64,000 bases of DNA. Source: an uncultured Flavobacteriales bacterium. Its GTDB lineage: Bacteria; Bacteroidota; Bacteroidia; Flavobacteriales_G; Salibacteraceae. Both the position numbers and the translations under genes were made by a program. Under the pieces are notes generated by a model that was not told where the DNA came from, searched no databases, and saw nothing but the letters and a program-made list of their open reading frames with translations. Positions 55,837 to 64,000 of this stretch are shown here, piece after piece (within the stretch, counting starts at the first letter, position 1; the number at the start of each line of letters is the position of its first letter). The stretch covers positions 297,628 to 361,627 of the forward strand of contig CAJQLE010000001.1 of assembly GCA_905479105.1 (NCBI GenBank), in the 5' to 3' direction.

Positions 55837-56030
55837 TCGCCAAGTTCCGTTTACTGCTTGTTATTCTGGTTTTTTGCATGGGCTCCCATGGTTGCAAGGA
55901 GCAGTTTTGTGACGATACTTGCTTTTGGCCTGCAGATGGCGAATGCGATGATGGTGGACCCAATTCAATAAATGATTATTGCCAATTTGGAACAGATTGC
56001 ACCGATTGTGGTTCGCGAACGGAACAATAA
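55833..56030 (+). CDS. Small acidic 6-Cys lipoprotein, paralog 2
   Basis: Signal/lipobox MGSHGC, then FCDDTCFWPADGECDDGGPNSINDYCQFGTDCTDCGSR. ATGA overlap with paralog 1. Confidence 0.6.
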   Translation: MIAKFRLLLVILVFCMGSHGCKEQFCDDTCFWPADGECDDGGPNSINDYCQFGTDCTDCGSRTEQ

Positions 56031-56141
56031 CCTTCACCAATTGTCTATTCAGGCGCTTTCTTAGGATCGGTTTAACAATGCTTATTCAGAAAGTAATCAG
56101 ACAGCATCTTGCCCTCGATTAATTTATAATTTTGCCGCCCA

Positions 56142-56495
56142 ATGAGAATAGAGGTTTTAAAATCAAAGATTCATCGCGTTCATGTGACTGATAGTCATTT
56201 GGACTACATAGGGAGTATCGAAATAGATCAAGCACTTATGGAAGCTGCTAATCTCATCGAAGGAGAAAAGGTGCAAATCGTCAACATCAATAATGGAGAG
56301 CGATTTGAAACTTATGTGATCACAGGTAAACGAAACTCTGGCGCGATAAGTCTTAATGGGCCAGCCGCCAGAAAGGTGATGAAAGGCGATATTATCCTAA
56401 TTATTTCTTATGCTTCAATGGATTTTGAAGAAGCCAAGAAATTCAAGCCATCGGTCATCTTTCCAGATGAAAAGACAAATTCGTTGATATCTTGA
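56142..56495 (+). CDS. panD: Aspartate 1-decarboxylase
   Basis: 117 aa with LKSKIHR..V and the YIGS self-cleavage site. Confidence 0.95.
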   Translation: MRIEVLKSKIHRVHVTDSHLDYIGSIEIDQALMEAANLIEGEKVQIVNINNGERFETYVITGKRNSGAISLNGPAARKVMKGDIILIISYASMDFEEAKKFKPSVIFPDEKTNSLIS

Positions 56496-57502
56496 ATAAG
56501 CGAGTGAAATCAGCACTTCAAGTGCTTTTCTCTTTAACATTAGGGTTTTTCCTGATTTGGTTTATCTATAAAGACCTTACGGAAGAAGACAAATCCAATA
56601 TGCTTAATTCAGTTAAGGGAGCCAATTATTGGTGGCTACTGGGCTCAATGTTAGTAGCTGTTTTAAGCCATGTTTTTAGAGCCTATAGATGGAAGTACCC
56701 ACTTGAGGCATTGGATATCAAAATAAATCTTGCAAATAGGTTTGCAGCGGTTATGATTGGATACATTGCTAACCTAGCTTTTCCTAGACTTGGAGAAGTA
56801 ACGCGATGTGCTGTTTTATCGCGGTATCAAAAGCAACCATTCGAAAAGCTTTTTGGAACCGTGATCGCAGAGCGCGTGGTAGATGCTGTAATTCTTCTTC
56901 TTCTTATCATCTTAGCTGTAGTAATGCAGTACAGCATATTACAACAATTCTTATTAGATGCATTTGGTCCTTTAGAAGAAAAAGTGCAAACTTTTGTTTT
57001 GCTGGGGATTGCTGGAGTTTTGGGCTTAGTAGCGGTATTGGTTGGTTGGCAATTTATTACTCGATCAAAACATCCATTTGCATTAAAAACTAGAGAGAAG
57101 ATAGCGGGACTTGTAGATGGGTTTGCAACCATAAAGAACATGAAAGGTCAGGTTCAATTCTATTTTCATACAATGATGATTTGGGGTTGCTATGTACTGA
57201 TGTTCGTGCTTTCATTCCAGAGTTTTCCTGAAACAGCTGATGTTCCATTTGGAGGTATACTGGCTTCGTTTGTTCTTGGTGGATTATCTATTGTCGCTGT
57301 TCAAGGAGGTCTAGGTGCTTATCCCTTAGCCATAATGCTCATCCTCTCTTTGTATGGTGTTTCTGAGAATACTGGATACGCATTTGGATGGATCGTTTGG
57401 ACAATTCAAACGGCCATGATCATTTTGCTCGGTTTCATATCCATGCTCATTATGCCTTTGTTAAACGCAAGTAGTAACTTAGCCGCTGATGAATCCAGGT
57501 AA
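56492..57502 (+). CDS. UPF0104 / lysylphosphatidylglycerol-synthase-TM-region family membrane protein
   Basis: 336 aa with about 8 TM segments and [16 protein letters not shown] motifs. The TTG start overlaps the panD stop (TTGA). Confidence 0.7.
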   Translation: MNKRVKSALQVLFSLTLGFFLIWFIYKDLTEEDKSNMLNSVKGANYWWLLGSMLVAVLSHVFRAYRWKYPLEALDIKINLANRFAAVMIGYIANLAFPRLGEVTRCAVLSRYQKQPFEKLFGTVIAERVVDAVILLLLIILAVVMQYSILQQFLLDAFGPLEEKVQTFVLLGIAGVLGLVAVLVGWQFITRSKHPFALKTREKIAGLVDGFATIKNMKGQVQFYFHTMMIWGCYVLMFVLSFQSFPETADVPFGGILASFVLGGLSIVAVQGGLGAYPLAIMLILSLYGVSENTGYAFGWIVWTIQTAMIILLGFISMLIMPLLNASSNLAADESR

Positions 57503-57992
57503 TCCATATTCATGTATCTATTCCCTTCAAGAACTGATTACAATTCGCAAGAATTGGACCAAATCAGGAGAGCGCATAGTGTTTACAAATGGTGTTTTCG
57601 ACCTTATTCACCCAGGTCATATTTTATACCTTGAAGAAGCCGCACAATTAGGAACGAAACTTATTATTGGTTTAAATTCTGACTCTTCTGCGAAAACACT
57701 TAATAAAGGTGATCATAGACCCATCAATGACGAAATAGCTCGAGCTATCGTAATTTCCGCATTGAAGTCAGTGGATGCTGTTGTTTTATTTGATAAATCT
57801 ACGCCTATAAGCCTAATTGAAGCAATCAAACCAGATACCCTGGTGAAAGGTGGAGACTATTCTATCGATCAAATTGTTGGCGCGGATATTGTCATTGCCA
57901 ATGGAGGTCAAGTTAAAACATTACAGTTTGTAGAAGATTATTCTACTACAGCTATCGAACAAAAAATTCAATTAGCTCTTTTAAAGAAATAA
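57489..57992 (+). CDS. Cytidylyltransferase-fold protein, RfaE domain II (D-beta-D-heptose 1-phosphate adenylyltransferase)-like
   Basis: 167 aa with VFTNGVFDLIHPGHILYL (H-x-G-H) and VKGGDY. Confidence 0.7.
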   Translation: MNPGNPYSCIYSLQELITIRKNWTKSGERIVFTNGVFDLIHPGHILYLEEAAQLGTKLIIGLNSDSSAKTLNKGDHRPINDEIARAIVISALKSVDAVVLFDKSTPISLIEAIKPDTLVKGGDYSIDQIVGADIVIANGGQVKTLQFVEDYSTTAIEQKIQLALLKK

Positions 57993-58426
57993 TGGAACAA
58001 TCGATCAATCAGATACAAGACGAGATTATTGATGAGTTTGGCTTTTTCAGCGAATGGATGGAGAAGTATGAGCACATCATTGAATTTGGTAAAGATTTAC
58101 CTGAACTGGATGGAGAACTGAAGTCTGAAGAAAATCTCGTAAAAGGCTGCCAAAGCAGGGTTTGGCTTCACGCAGAACAAAAGGACGAAAAACTCGTTTT
58201 CAGTGCAGACAGCGATGCAATCATTACAAAAGGTTTGGTTGGACTAATGGTTAGAGTATTATCTGATCATACACCCGAAGAAATCTCAAAAAGTGAGTTG
58301 TATTTTATAGATAAAATTGGTCTGAAAGAGCATTTATCTCCTAATCGAGCAAATGGACTTTCTTCAATGATCAAAAAAATGAAATTTTACGCGATTGCCC
58401 ACTTGGCAAAAACAGATAAAGGATAA
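57992..58426 (+). CDS. sufE: SufE-like cysteine desulfuration protein
   Basis: 144 aa with VKGCQSRVW (the persulfide Cys) and DSDAIITKGL. Confidence 0.85.
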   Translation: MEQSINQIQDEIIDEFGFFSEWMEKYEHIIEFGKDLPELDGELKSEENLVKGCQSRVWLHAEQKDEKLVFSADSDAIITKGLVGLMVRVLSDHTPEEISKSELYFIDKIGLKEHLSPNRANGLSSMIKKMKFYAIAHLAKTDKG

Positions 58427-58746
58427 TGGAATCAGCACTAAAAAAACAACTAGAAGAATCAATCATTCAAGCGATGAAAACCGTTTATGATCCTGAAATT
58501 CCGGTTGATATTTACGAATTAGGCTTGATCTATGAGATCAAAATCAATGAAGACTTTGAGGCTACAATTTATATGACTCTTACCTCACCTAGCTGCCCAG
58601 TTGCAGAAAGTTTACCGTTGGAAGTTGAACAAAAAGTTGCCGGAGTAGAAGGAATAAAATCGGCCTCAATAGAACTCACTTGGGAGCCACCATGGGATAA
58701 AGATATGATGAGTGAAGAAGCACTTGTTGAACTTGGGATGATCTAA
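58426..58746 (+). CDS. DUF59 (MIP18/PaaD-like) Fe-S assembly family protein
   Basis: 106 aa with VYDPEIPVDIYELGLIY and LTSPSCPVAE motifs. Confidence 0.8.
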   Translation: MESALKKQLEESIIQAMKTVYDPEIPVDIYELGLIYEIKINEDFEATIYMTLTSPSCPVAESLPLEVEQKVAGVEGIKSASIELTWEPPWDKDMMSEEALVELGMI

Positions 58747-58747
58747 A

Positions 58748-59260
58748 ATGGAGGAAATTGAAAACAAGGTAGCCAAGAGTGGATTAGTCACTTTAGAGCT
58801 GGAAGAATTGAAGCCCAATTGGAATATTGTAGGCTTTGACATGAAGGATGTGCTTTGGCAAGGTTTAGCTCTAAAGGAAAAAGATTTTCGAGAATTTGTT
58901 AAAACAAATAACTGGTCTGCGTTTGAGTCAAAATCTGTATTCATTTTTTCTAGTGTTGATGCCATCATTCCTACTTGGGCATTTATGCTGCTATCCGCAT
59001 CCCTAACTGAGTATTGCGAAACCGTGGTAGTTGGTAAAAAAGAAGACTTAGAATTGGTGCTTTGGAGAAAGCTAATTGACGCCCTAGATCTTAACGACTT
59101 CAAAGACCAAAGAGTTATTGTTAAAGGCTGCAGTGACGAAACGATTCCAGAAACCATATACTTTGAACTGTCAAGTAAGCTTGTTACCGTTGTTAAGTCA
59201 CTGATGTTTGGAGAACCATGCTCTACCGTTCCTATCTATAAAAAAAATAGCCCCAAATAA
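58748..59260 (+). CDS. Conserved hypothetical (I recall this as the DUF2480 family of Bacteroidetes)
   Basis: 170 aa, 1 nt after the DUF59 gene, with conserved-looking Cys residues (KGCSDE, GEPCSTVP). The family name is from memory and is not verified. Confidence 0.5.
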   Translation: MEEIENKVAKSGLVTLELEELKPNWNIVGFDMKDVLWQGLALKEKDFREFVKTNNWSAFESKSVFIFSSVDAIIPTWAFMLLSASLTEYCETVVVGKKEDLELVLWRKLIDALDLNDFKDQRVIVKGCSDETIPETIYFELSSKLVTVVKSLMFGEPCSTVPIYKKNSPK

Positions 59261-59272
59261 ATTCGGGGCTAT
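59241..59272 (-). terminator. Rho-independent terminator for the minus-strand gene 59294-59959
   Basis: ATAGCCCC-(10-nt loop)-GGGGCTAT. The A7 run on the plus strand reads as a T7 tail on the minus-strand transcript. The hairpin loop contains the stop codon of the plus-strand gene. Confidence 0.6.
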
Positions 59273-59293
59273 CGTCTCTCAGTTAAACGGGAC

Positions 59294-59959
59294 TCAGTCG
59301 ATCCACTGTACATAAGCATAAATTTCTTGTTCGTCAAGCATCGCCACCTTCTGTCCATTAAGGTATTTATTGACTTCAGCATAGGGATATCCACCTGATT
59401 GAAGTTCTTGAGCATAAGATTCTGCTTTGTCCATGCTTGAGAAAAGGCCTGCGGAGTATGCATAATGATAATTAGGCATAACTTCAAAACTCAATATCTC
59501 ATCCATCTCATTGATTAAGCGATGACCTTGAGGTGTCTCAAATGTTTGAAAATAGACGGAGAATGAGACGGCCTCTTCGTAGATATCACCCGTGACATCG
59601 CGATCATTATGATTACCAAGCAACACAAAAGCATCTTGCGCTGAAATACTGCGTTGATTAAAAAATGGTACAAGTGATACATCCGACTTTCGTACAGACT
59701 TTGGAAGTTTTGGCAAACTAGCCAAAGCATCTTCTAAACTTCTATACTCTCCGTAATACACTACGAGTTTATCATCTGATCTCACAATAGAGAAGTCTTC
59801 GTTACTCCATGTACCGTGAACTTGTTGAGTTTCAATTCTCCATTGAAAAACAAGGTGTTTTGGTAGTTCTGGATTATGGATTTTGTTTTGTGCAGAAACT
59901 GCAGAAACCAACGCCAAAAGAAGAATCAAAACAAAAAATACTGGTGCTAAAGCTTTCAT
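59294..59959 (-). CDS. Exported hypothetical protein with weak SPOR-like C-terminal region
   Basis: Signal peptide ..LVSAVSA|Q. The C-terminal AGLFSSMDKAESYAQELQSGGYPYAEV resembles a SPOR beta-alpha-beta unit. Weak. Confidence 0.45.
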   Translation of the reverse strand: MKALAPVFFVLILLLALVSAVSAQNKIHNPELPKHLVFQWRIETQQVHGTWSNEDFSIVRSDDKLVVYYGEYRSLEDALASLPKLPKSVRKSDVSLVPFFNQRSISAQDAFVLLGNHNDRDVTGDIYEEAVSFSVYFQTFETPQGHRLINEMDEILSFEVMPNYHYAYSAGLFSSMDKAESYAQELQSGGYPYAEVNKYLNGQKVAMLDEQEIYAYVQWID

Positions 59960-60236
59960 AACATTAGAGTTTTATTAGGTTAAACTGATTGTTAGTGGGT
60001 CTACCTAAATTCCAATGTTTAAGGGGGAAAAGAACTGATCTGAGATAAAGACTACGATCTGAATAAAATAGTTGCCTGAATGTTTTGAGAAAATGAATAT
60101 TTGTAGAATATAATTCTGTTTTCACTCCTAACGGCAAATATAATTCGATGAATACGCCAATAGCTTCGACTTAAGCGCAAATAAAATTTTCAATAAACCT
60201 TAATTGAGATGGAAAGAATGCTTCTGACTTAAAAAT

Positions 60237-62150
60237 CTAGTAAGCTCTTACTCGTTTTCCTTCGAAATAATTAACGAAAGCTCGATTCACAACCCTGTTA
60301 CCTCCGGTGGTTGGATAGTTACCACTAAAATACCAATCACCAGTGTGATCTGGACAGGCCTTATGGAGGCCATCAATGGTTTGATAAATAATCTCGACCT
60401 CCGCCTTTATCTCGGCTGGTCTCAACAATTCAGCAATCTTAGCGGAAATCTCTTCATCCGTAAATTGTTCGTAGATTTTCTGAACGTGGTTATGCTGATT
60501 ATGACTATTAGAAGATTCTAACTCCTTCAAGCACATCGCGTAAACATCCTTAATAACTTGCTCTTTACCACGTTCTTTCAACAATGCAATTGCCGCTTGA
60601 AAAGCCACAAAATCTTGCAATAGACTCATGTCTATTCCATAACAATCTGGATATCGAATTTGTGGTGCACTCGAAACAACTACAATTTTCTTAGGCCCCA
60701 AACGATCCAAAATCCTTAGAATACTTTGTTTCAGTGTTGTTCCTCTAACAATGGAGTCATCAATTATAACAAGGTTGTCTTCTCCCTTAATAACAGTGCC
60801 ATAGGTAATATCATAAACATGGGCTACTAAGTCATTTCTATCACTGTCTTGGGTAATAAATGTTCGAAGCTTCGCGTCCTTAATGGCTACTTTCTCGGCC
60901 CTAACGCGTTCATTCAATATCTTTCGAAGAGCTTCTTTATCAGTGGTATCAATCTTAGCAATATCTTCCAGTTTTCGCTCATTGTGAACCTCTTCTAGGC
61001 CTTTCAGCATTCCATAATAAGAAACCTCTGCTGTGTTTGGTATGAAAGAGAAAACAGTATTCTTCATATCAGAACCAATACTTCGAAGAATATGAGGAAC
61101 TAAGGTTCTGCCAAGTTCCATTCTCTCACGGTATATGTCTAAATCACTACCTCGAGAGAAATAAATACGTTCGAAAGAACAAGATTTCTTTTCGCCTGGC
61201 TGACGAATCATATCCATGCTCACCTCTCCGTTTTTCTTAATTATTAGCGCATGTCCAGGCTCAACTTCATGAACCAATTCATGCGAAACATTAAACGCAG
61301 TTTGGATAACAGGTCTTTCACTTGCAACTACAACTACCTCGTCATCTTTATAGTAAAAAGCAGGACGTATACCATTTGGATCTCGCAGAACGAAGGCATC
61401 TCCATTTCCTATCATACCAGCCATCGCATATCCACCATCAAAATCTTCAGCAGCACGAACCAGGATATTTCTGATATCCATGTTCTTTGAAATCATGGAC
61501 GTTATCTCCATGTTCTCATATCCCAACCTTTTATACTTGGCAAAGAGTGTTTCATTCTCTTCATCAAGAAAGTGTCCAATTTTTTCTAAAACAGTAACGG
61601 TATCCGCTTTTTTCTTTGGATGCTGTCCTAAAGAGAGTAACAAATCAAATTGCTCATCAACATTGGTCATATTGAAATTACCTGCTAACACCAGGTTACG
61701 GGTCATCCAATTATTTTGACGCAAAAATGGGTGACAGGCCTCAATGCTATTCTGACCATAGGTTCCATATCGCAAATGACCCAAGAATACTTCACCTGTA
61801 AATGGAGCATTCGACTTTAACCATTCTGGATTATCAAGCATCGACTCATCGCCTGCTGCGCGTTCTTTTACCCGTTGCTTTATACCGCCATAAACATGGT
61901 CAAAAATATCTTGAATGGGTTTATTGCTGTTGGATCGATGCCGAGAAATGTATCGGTTTCCAGGTTTTACATCAAACTTAATATTTGCCAAACCAGCGCC
62001 ATCTTGCCCTCTATTGTGCTGTTTCTCCATAAGGAGATACATCTTGTTGAGGCCGTAAAATGACGTGCCGTATTTCTCACGGTAAAAATCGAGTGGCTTG
62101 AGGAGTCGGATGAGTGCTATACCGCACTCGTGCTTAATTTGATCGCTCAT
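60237..62150 (-). CDS. purF: Amidophosphoribosyltransferase (long Bacteroidetes form)
   Basis: Ntn-type N-terminus MSDQIKHECGI and PRTase motif LVIIDDSIVRGTT. The ATG at 62150 is preferred over the TTG at 62177. Confidence 0.9.
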   Translation of the reverse strand: MSDQIKHECGIALIRLLKPLDFYREKYGTSFYGLNKMYLLMEKQHNRGQDGAGLANIKFDVKPGNRYISRHRSNSNKPIQDIFDHVYGGIKQRVKERAAGDESMLDNPEWLKSNAPFTGEVFLGHLRYGTYGQNSIEACHPFLRQNNWMTRNLVLAGNFNMTNVDEQFDLLLSLGQHPKKKADTVTVLEKIGHFLDEENETLFAKYKRLGYENMEITSMISKNMDIRNILVRAAEDFDGGYAMAGMIGNGDAFVLRDPNGIRPAFYYKDDEVVVVASERPVIQTAFNVSHELVHEVEPGHALIIKKNGEVSMDMIRQPGEKKSCSFERIYFSRGSDLDIYRERMELGRTLVPHILRSIGSDMKNTVFSFIPNTAEVSYYGMLKGLEEVHNERKLEDIAKIDTTDKEALRKILNERVRAEKVAIKDAKLRTFITQDSDRNDLVAHVYDITYGTVIKGEDNLVIIDDSIVRGTTLKQSILRILDRLGPKKIVVVSSAPQIRYPDCYGIDMSLLQDFVAFQAAIALLKERGKEQVIKDVYAMCLKELESSNSHNQHNHVQKIYEQFTDEEISAKIAELLRPAEIKAEVEIIYQTIDGLHKACPDHTGDWYFSGNYPTTGGNRVVNRAFVNYFEGKRVRAY

Positions 62151-62297
62151 TGTCTTTAGAGGTGGCAAAGGTATCAAGATTTTGATGCTTTAAGAACTCG
62201 AAATTAACTTCTGAGTAACAGCAACTAATTACTCATGCAATGCGTCTAAAACTTAGCGTTTGAAAACCAAATCACTACTTTAGAAGGTTCAAACATT

Positions 62298-64000
62298 TTG
62301 AAAGTATTTCTCTGTTCCATATTGATTTTGATTTCTTCGGTATCCGCCATTGTTGCGCATGAATCCGAAGAACAATTTGGCGAACTGAAATTCGAAGAAA
62401 ACAAAGGACAACTTCCATCTCATATTTTATTCAGAACCTATGTACCTGGTGGAGCCGTTTTTCTTGAAGGGCAAACCCTCACTTTTAATCTTACTAGGCT
62501 TTCTGAATTAGAAGCATACTCAAAATTCAAGCATGGCGAAGACGTCAAAATGCCTGACACATTGCACGGTCATGCTTTCAAAATCCATTTAAAAAACAGT
62601 CAGAAGCCTTCGTCCATAGAAGTTAAAAATCAATGGCCAGATTATGTCAATTACTATTTAGGAGATGATGAATCGACTTGGGCCAGCGGAGTAGCACAAT
62701 ATTCTGAAATAATTTTTCGAGGAATCTACCCCGGAATTGACGTCAGATACTATTCGATTAATCAAAACTTCAAGTATGATTTCATCATACACCCGGGGGC
62801 CGATCCTTCTCTCATACAAATGGAATATGAAGGGGTTAATGATCTCAAACTTGGTTTCGGAAGTTTATTGATTGAAACCTCGGTTGAGCAAATAGTTGAT
62901 CAAAAACCAGTGTCATGGATTGGTTTAAATGAAAATAAAAGATTCATTGAAAGCAGCTACCGTCTGAGTAAACCAGAAGGAAACCCTATCGTTTCTTTCG
63001 ATGTTGAATCAAATAATCAAGAGCAAGTTACGATAGACCCAACACTTATTTTTAGTTCATATACTGGATCTACAATCAATAATTGGGGCTCAACAGCAAC
63101 GTATGACTCATTAGGAAATATGTATGCTGGTGGATATATGCTCTCAACTGGTGGTTCTGGTGCAGGTTATCCTACCACAACTGGGGCCTACCAAGTTACG
63201 TTTGCTGGTGGAACAGGAAGCCTTCAAACCGACATGGCCATTTCAAAGTTTAATGCATCAGGAAATGCTTTAGTCTATTCCACTTACCTAGGAGGAAATG
63301 GAAATGAAATCCCCCACAGTTTAGTAGTAAACGATGACAATGAATTATATGTTCTAGGAACAACCTCAAGCACTAATTTCCCAACTTCAGCGGGTGCATT
63401 TGACGGCACTTTTAATGGTGGAACCACAATAGGCACGATCGGAGCGAATAGCAACTCGAGTCAAATACAATATACTGGAGGTTCAGATATTGTAATTACA
63501 AAATTCAATGCCTTTGGAACAGCGCTATTAGGCTCTACTTATGTTGGAGGCAGTGGAAATGATGGTATTAACATGAGCGATACTCTTCAAAAAGCTTATT
63601 CCGATGAATTTAGAGGAGAAATAATTGTGGACCAAAACGACAATTGCTACGTTGCAACAAGCACAGGTTCTAGTGATTTCCCAATCGTAAATGGTTTTCA
63701 AAACACTTATGGAGGCGGCATAACAGATGGAGTAATTTTTAAATTTAATTCAAACCTTAGTGCCTTGCTTTGGTCTAGTTTTATTGGCGGAGCAGAAGCT
63801 GACGCAGCCTATTCGGCTCAGTTTGACCCTAACTTTAATGTATTCTGCACTGGTGGAACAATAAGCACCAACTTTCCGACAACTGCGGGGGTTATTCACA
63901 CCAGCTATCAAGGAGGAATTACAGATGGATGGCTGGCTAAAATCAGTAATAATGGTCAAACGCTGTTATCGTCAACGTTCATCGGAACCAATGATTACGA
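62298..64000 (+). CDS. Large secreted beta-propeller-repeat surface protein (N-terminal part; runs off the right edge)
   Basis: Not in the ORF track because it has no stop in the window. Hand translation from TTG at 62298 (in-frame TAA at 62247) gives the signal peptide MKVFLCSILILISSVSAIVA. It continues ..FEENKGQ.. and then repeated YLGG-x-G-x-(D/E) / FP-T-(T/S)-x-GA units typical of SBBP-type repeats in Bacteroidetes surface and gliding-associated proteins. Confidence 0.6.
   Translation, partial: MKVFLCSILILISSVSAIVAHESEEQFGELKFEENKGQLPSHILFRTYVPGGAVFLEGQTLTFNLTRLSELEAYSKFKHGEDVKMPDTLHGHAFKIHLKNSQKPSSIEVKNQWPDYVNYYLGDDESTWASGVAQYSEIIFRGIYPGIDVRYYSINQNFKYDFIIHPGADPSLIQMEYEGVNDLKLGFGSLLIETSVEQIVDQKPVSWIGLNENKRFIESSYRLSKPEGNPIVSFDVESNNQEQVTIDPTLIFSSYTGSTINNWGSTATYDSLGNMYAGGYMLSTGGSGAGYPTTTGAYQVTFAGGTGSLQTDMAISKFNASGNALVYSTYLGGNGNEIPHSLVVNDDNELYVLGTTSSTNFPTSAGAFDGTFNGGTTIGTIGANSNSSQIQYTGGSDIVITKFNAFGTALLGSTYVGGSGNDGINMSDTLQKAYSDEFRGEIIVDQNDNCYVATSTGSSDFPIVNGFQNTYGGGITDGVIFKFNSNLSALLWSSFIGGAEADAAYSAQFDPNFNVFCTGGTISTNFPTTAGVIHTSYQGGITDGWLAKISNNGQTLLSSTFIGTNDY

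Noticed and set aside
56806-57141. 95-aa (+) and 104-aa (-) ORFs inside the UPF0104 membrane-protein gene
   Set aside because: These are off-frame or antisense shadows of a conserved polytopic protein.
58666-59157. 163-aa minus-strand ORF spanning the DUF59 and downstream genes
   Set aside because: It is antisense to two conserved, tightly coupled genes. Its Ser/Thr-rich, low-complexity translation has no signal or motif.

Overview
This 64-kb chromosomal window comes from a Bacteroidota (Flavobacteriia-like) genome. Supporting signs are T9SS C-terminal sorting domains, TAnnTTTG-type promoter boxes, a b558-type SdhC and Gln at +1 of several predicted signal-peptide cleavage sites. Most of the window is tightly packed housekeeping: gpsA, uvrC, cysS, polA, yicC-gmk-nadD-thiL, sdhCAB, panD, sufE, purF and a single tRNA-Ala(GGC). 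Four blocks are not routine. (1) 6.3-14.9 kb holds a CarH/LitR-type B12 photoreceptor-regulator and an ECF sigma factor. These head a gap-free 10-gene string joining carotenoid genes (crtI, crtB, idi), a eukaryote-like PTPS + GTP cyclohydrolase I + atypical SDR (a BH4-type pterin route), a flavin-reductase-like gene and a photolyase. (2) 14.9-16.8 kb holds heptanucleotide-periodic arrays, a near-identical 14-bp direct repeat on both sides of paaB-paaA, and a GC-rich non-coding core with an 18-bp inverted repeat in the paaA/paaE divergent region. (3) 33-44 kb is an AT-rich surface-glycan locus. It mixes Wzm/Wzt (Wzt has a C-terminal extension) with a Wzx-type flippase, a methyltransferase, an Stf0-like sulfotransferase and four glycosyltransferases. 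It also contains a decayed T9SS cargo gene and an apparently decayed ~0.8-kb stretch. (4) 55.6-56.0 kb holds two translationally coupled, paralogous 6-Cys acidic mini-lipoproteins that I cannot assign to a named family. I saw no CRISPR array, transposase, integrase, rRNA or recognisable phage-defence gene. Two edge-truncated genes (1-817 minus, 62298-64000 plus) are absent from the supplied ORF track and were found by hand translation. All identity counts and motif calls are hand counts from the sequence. No database search was possible.
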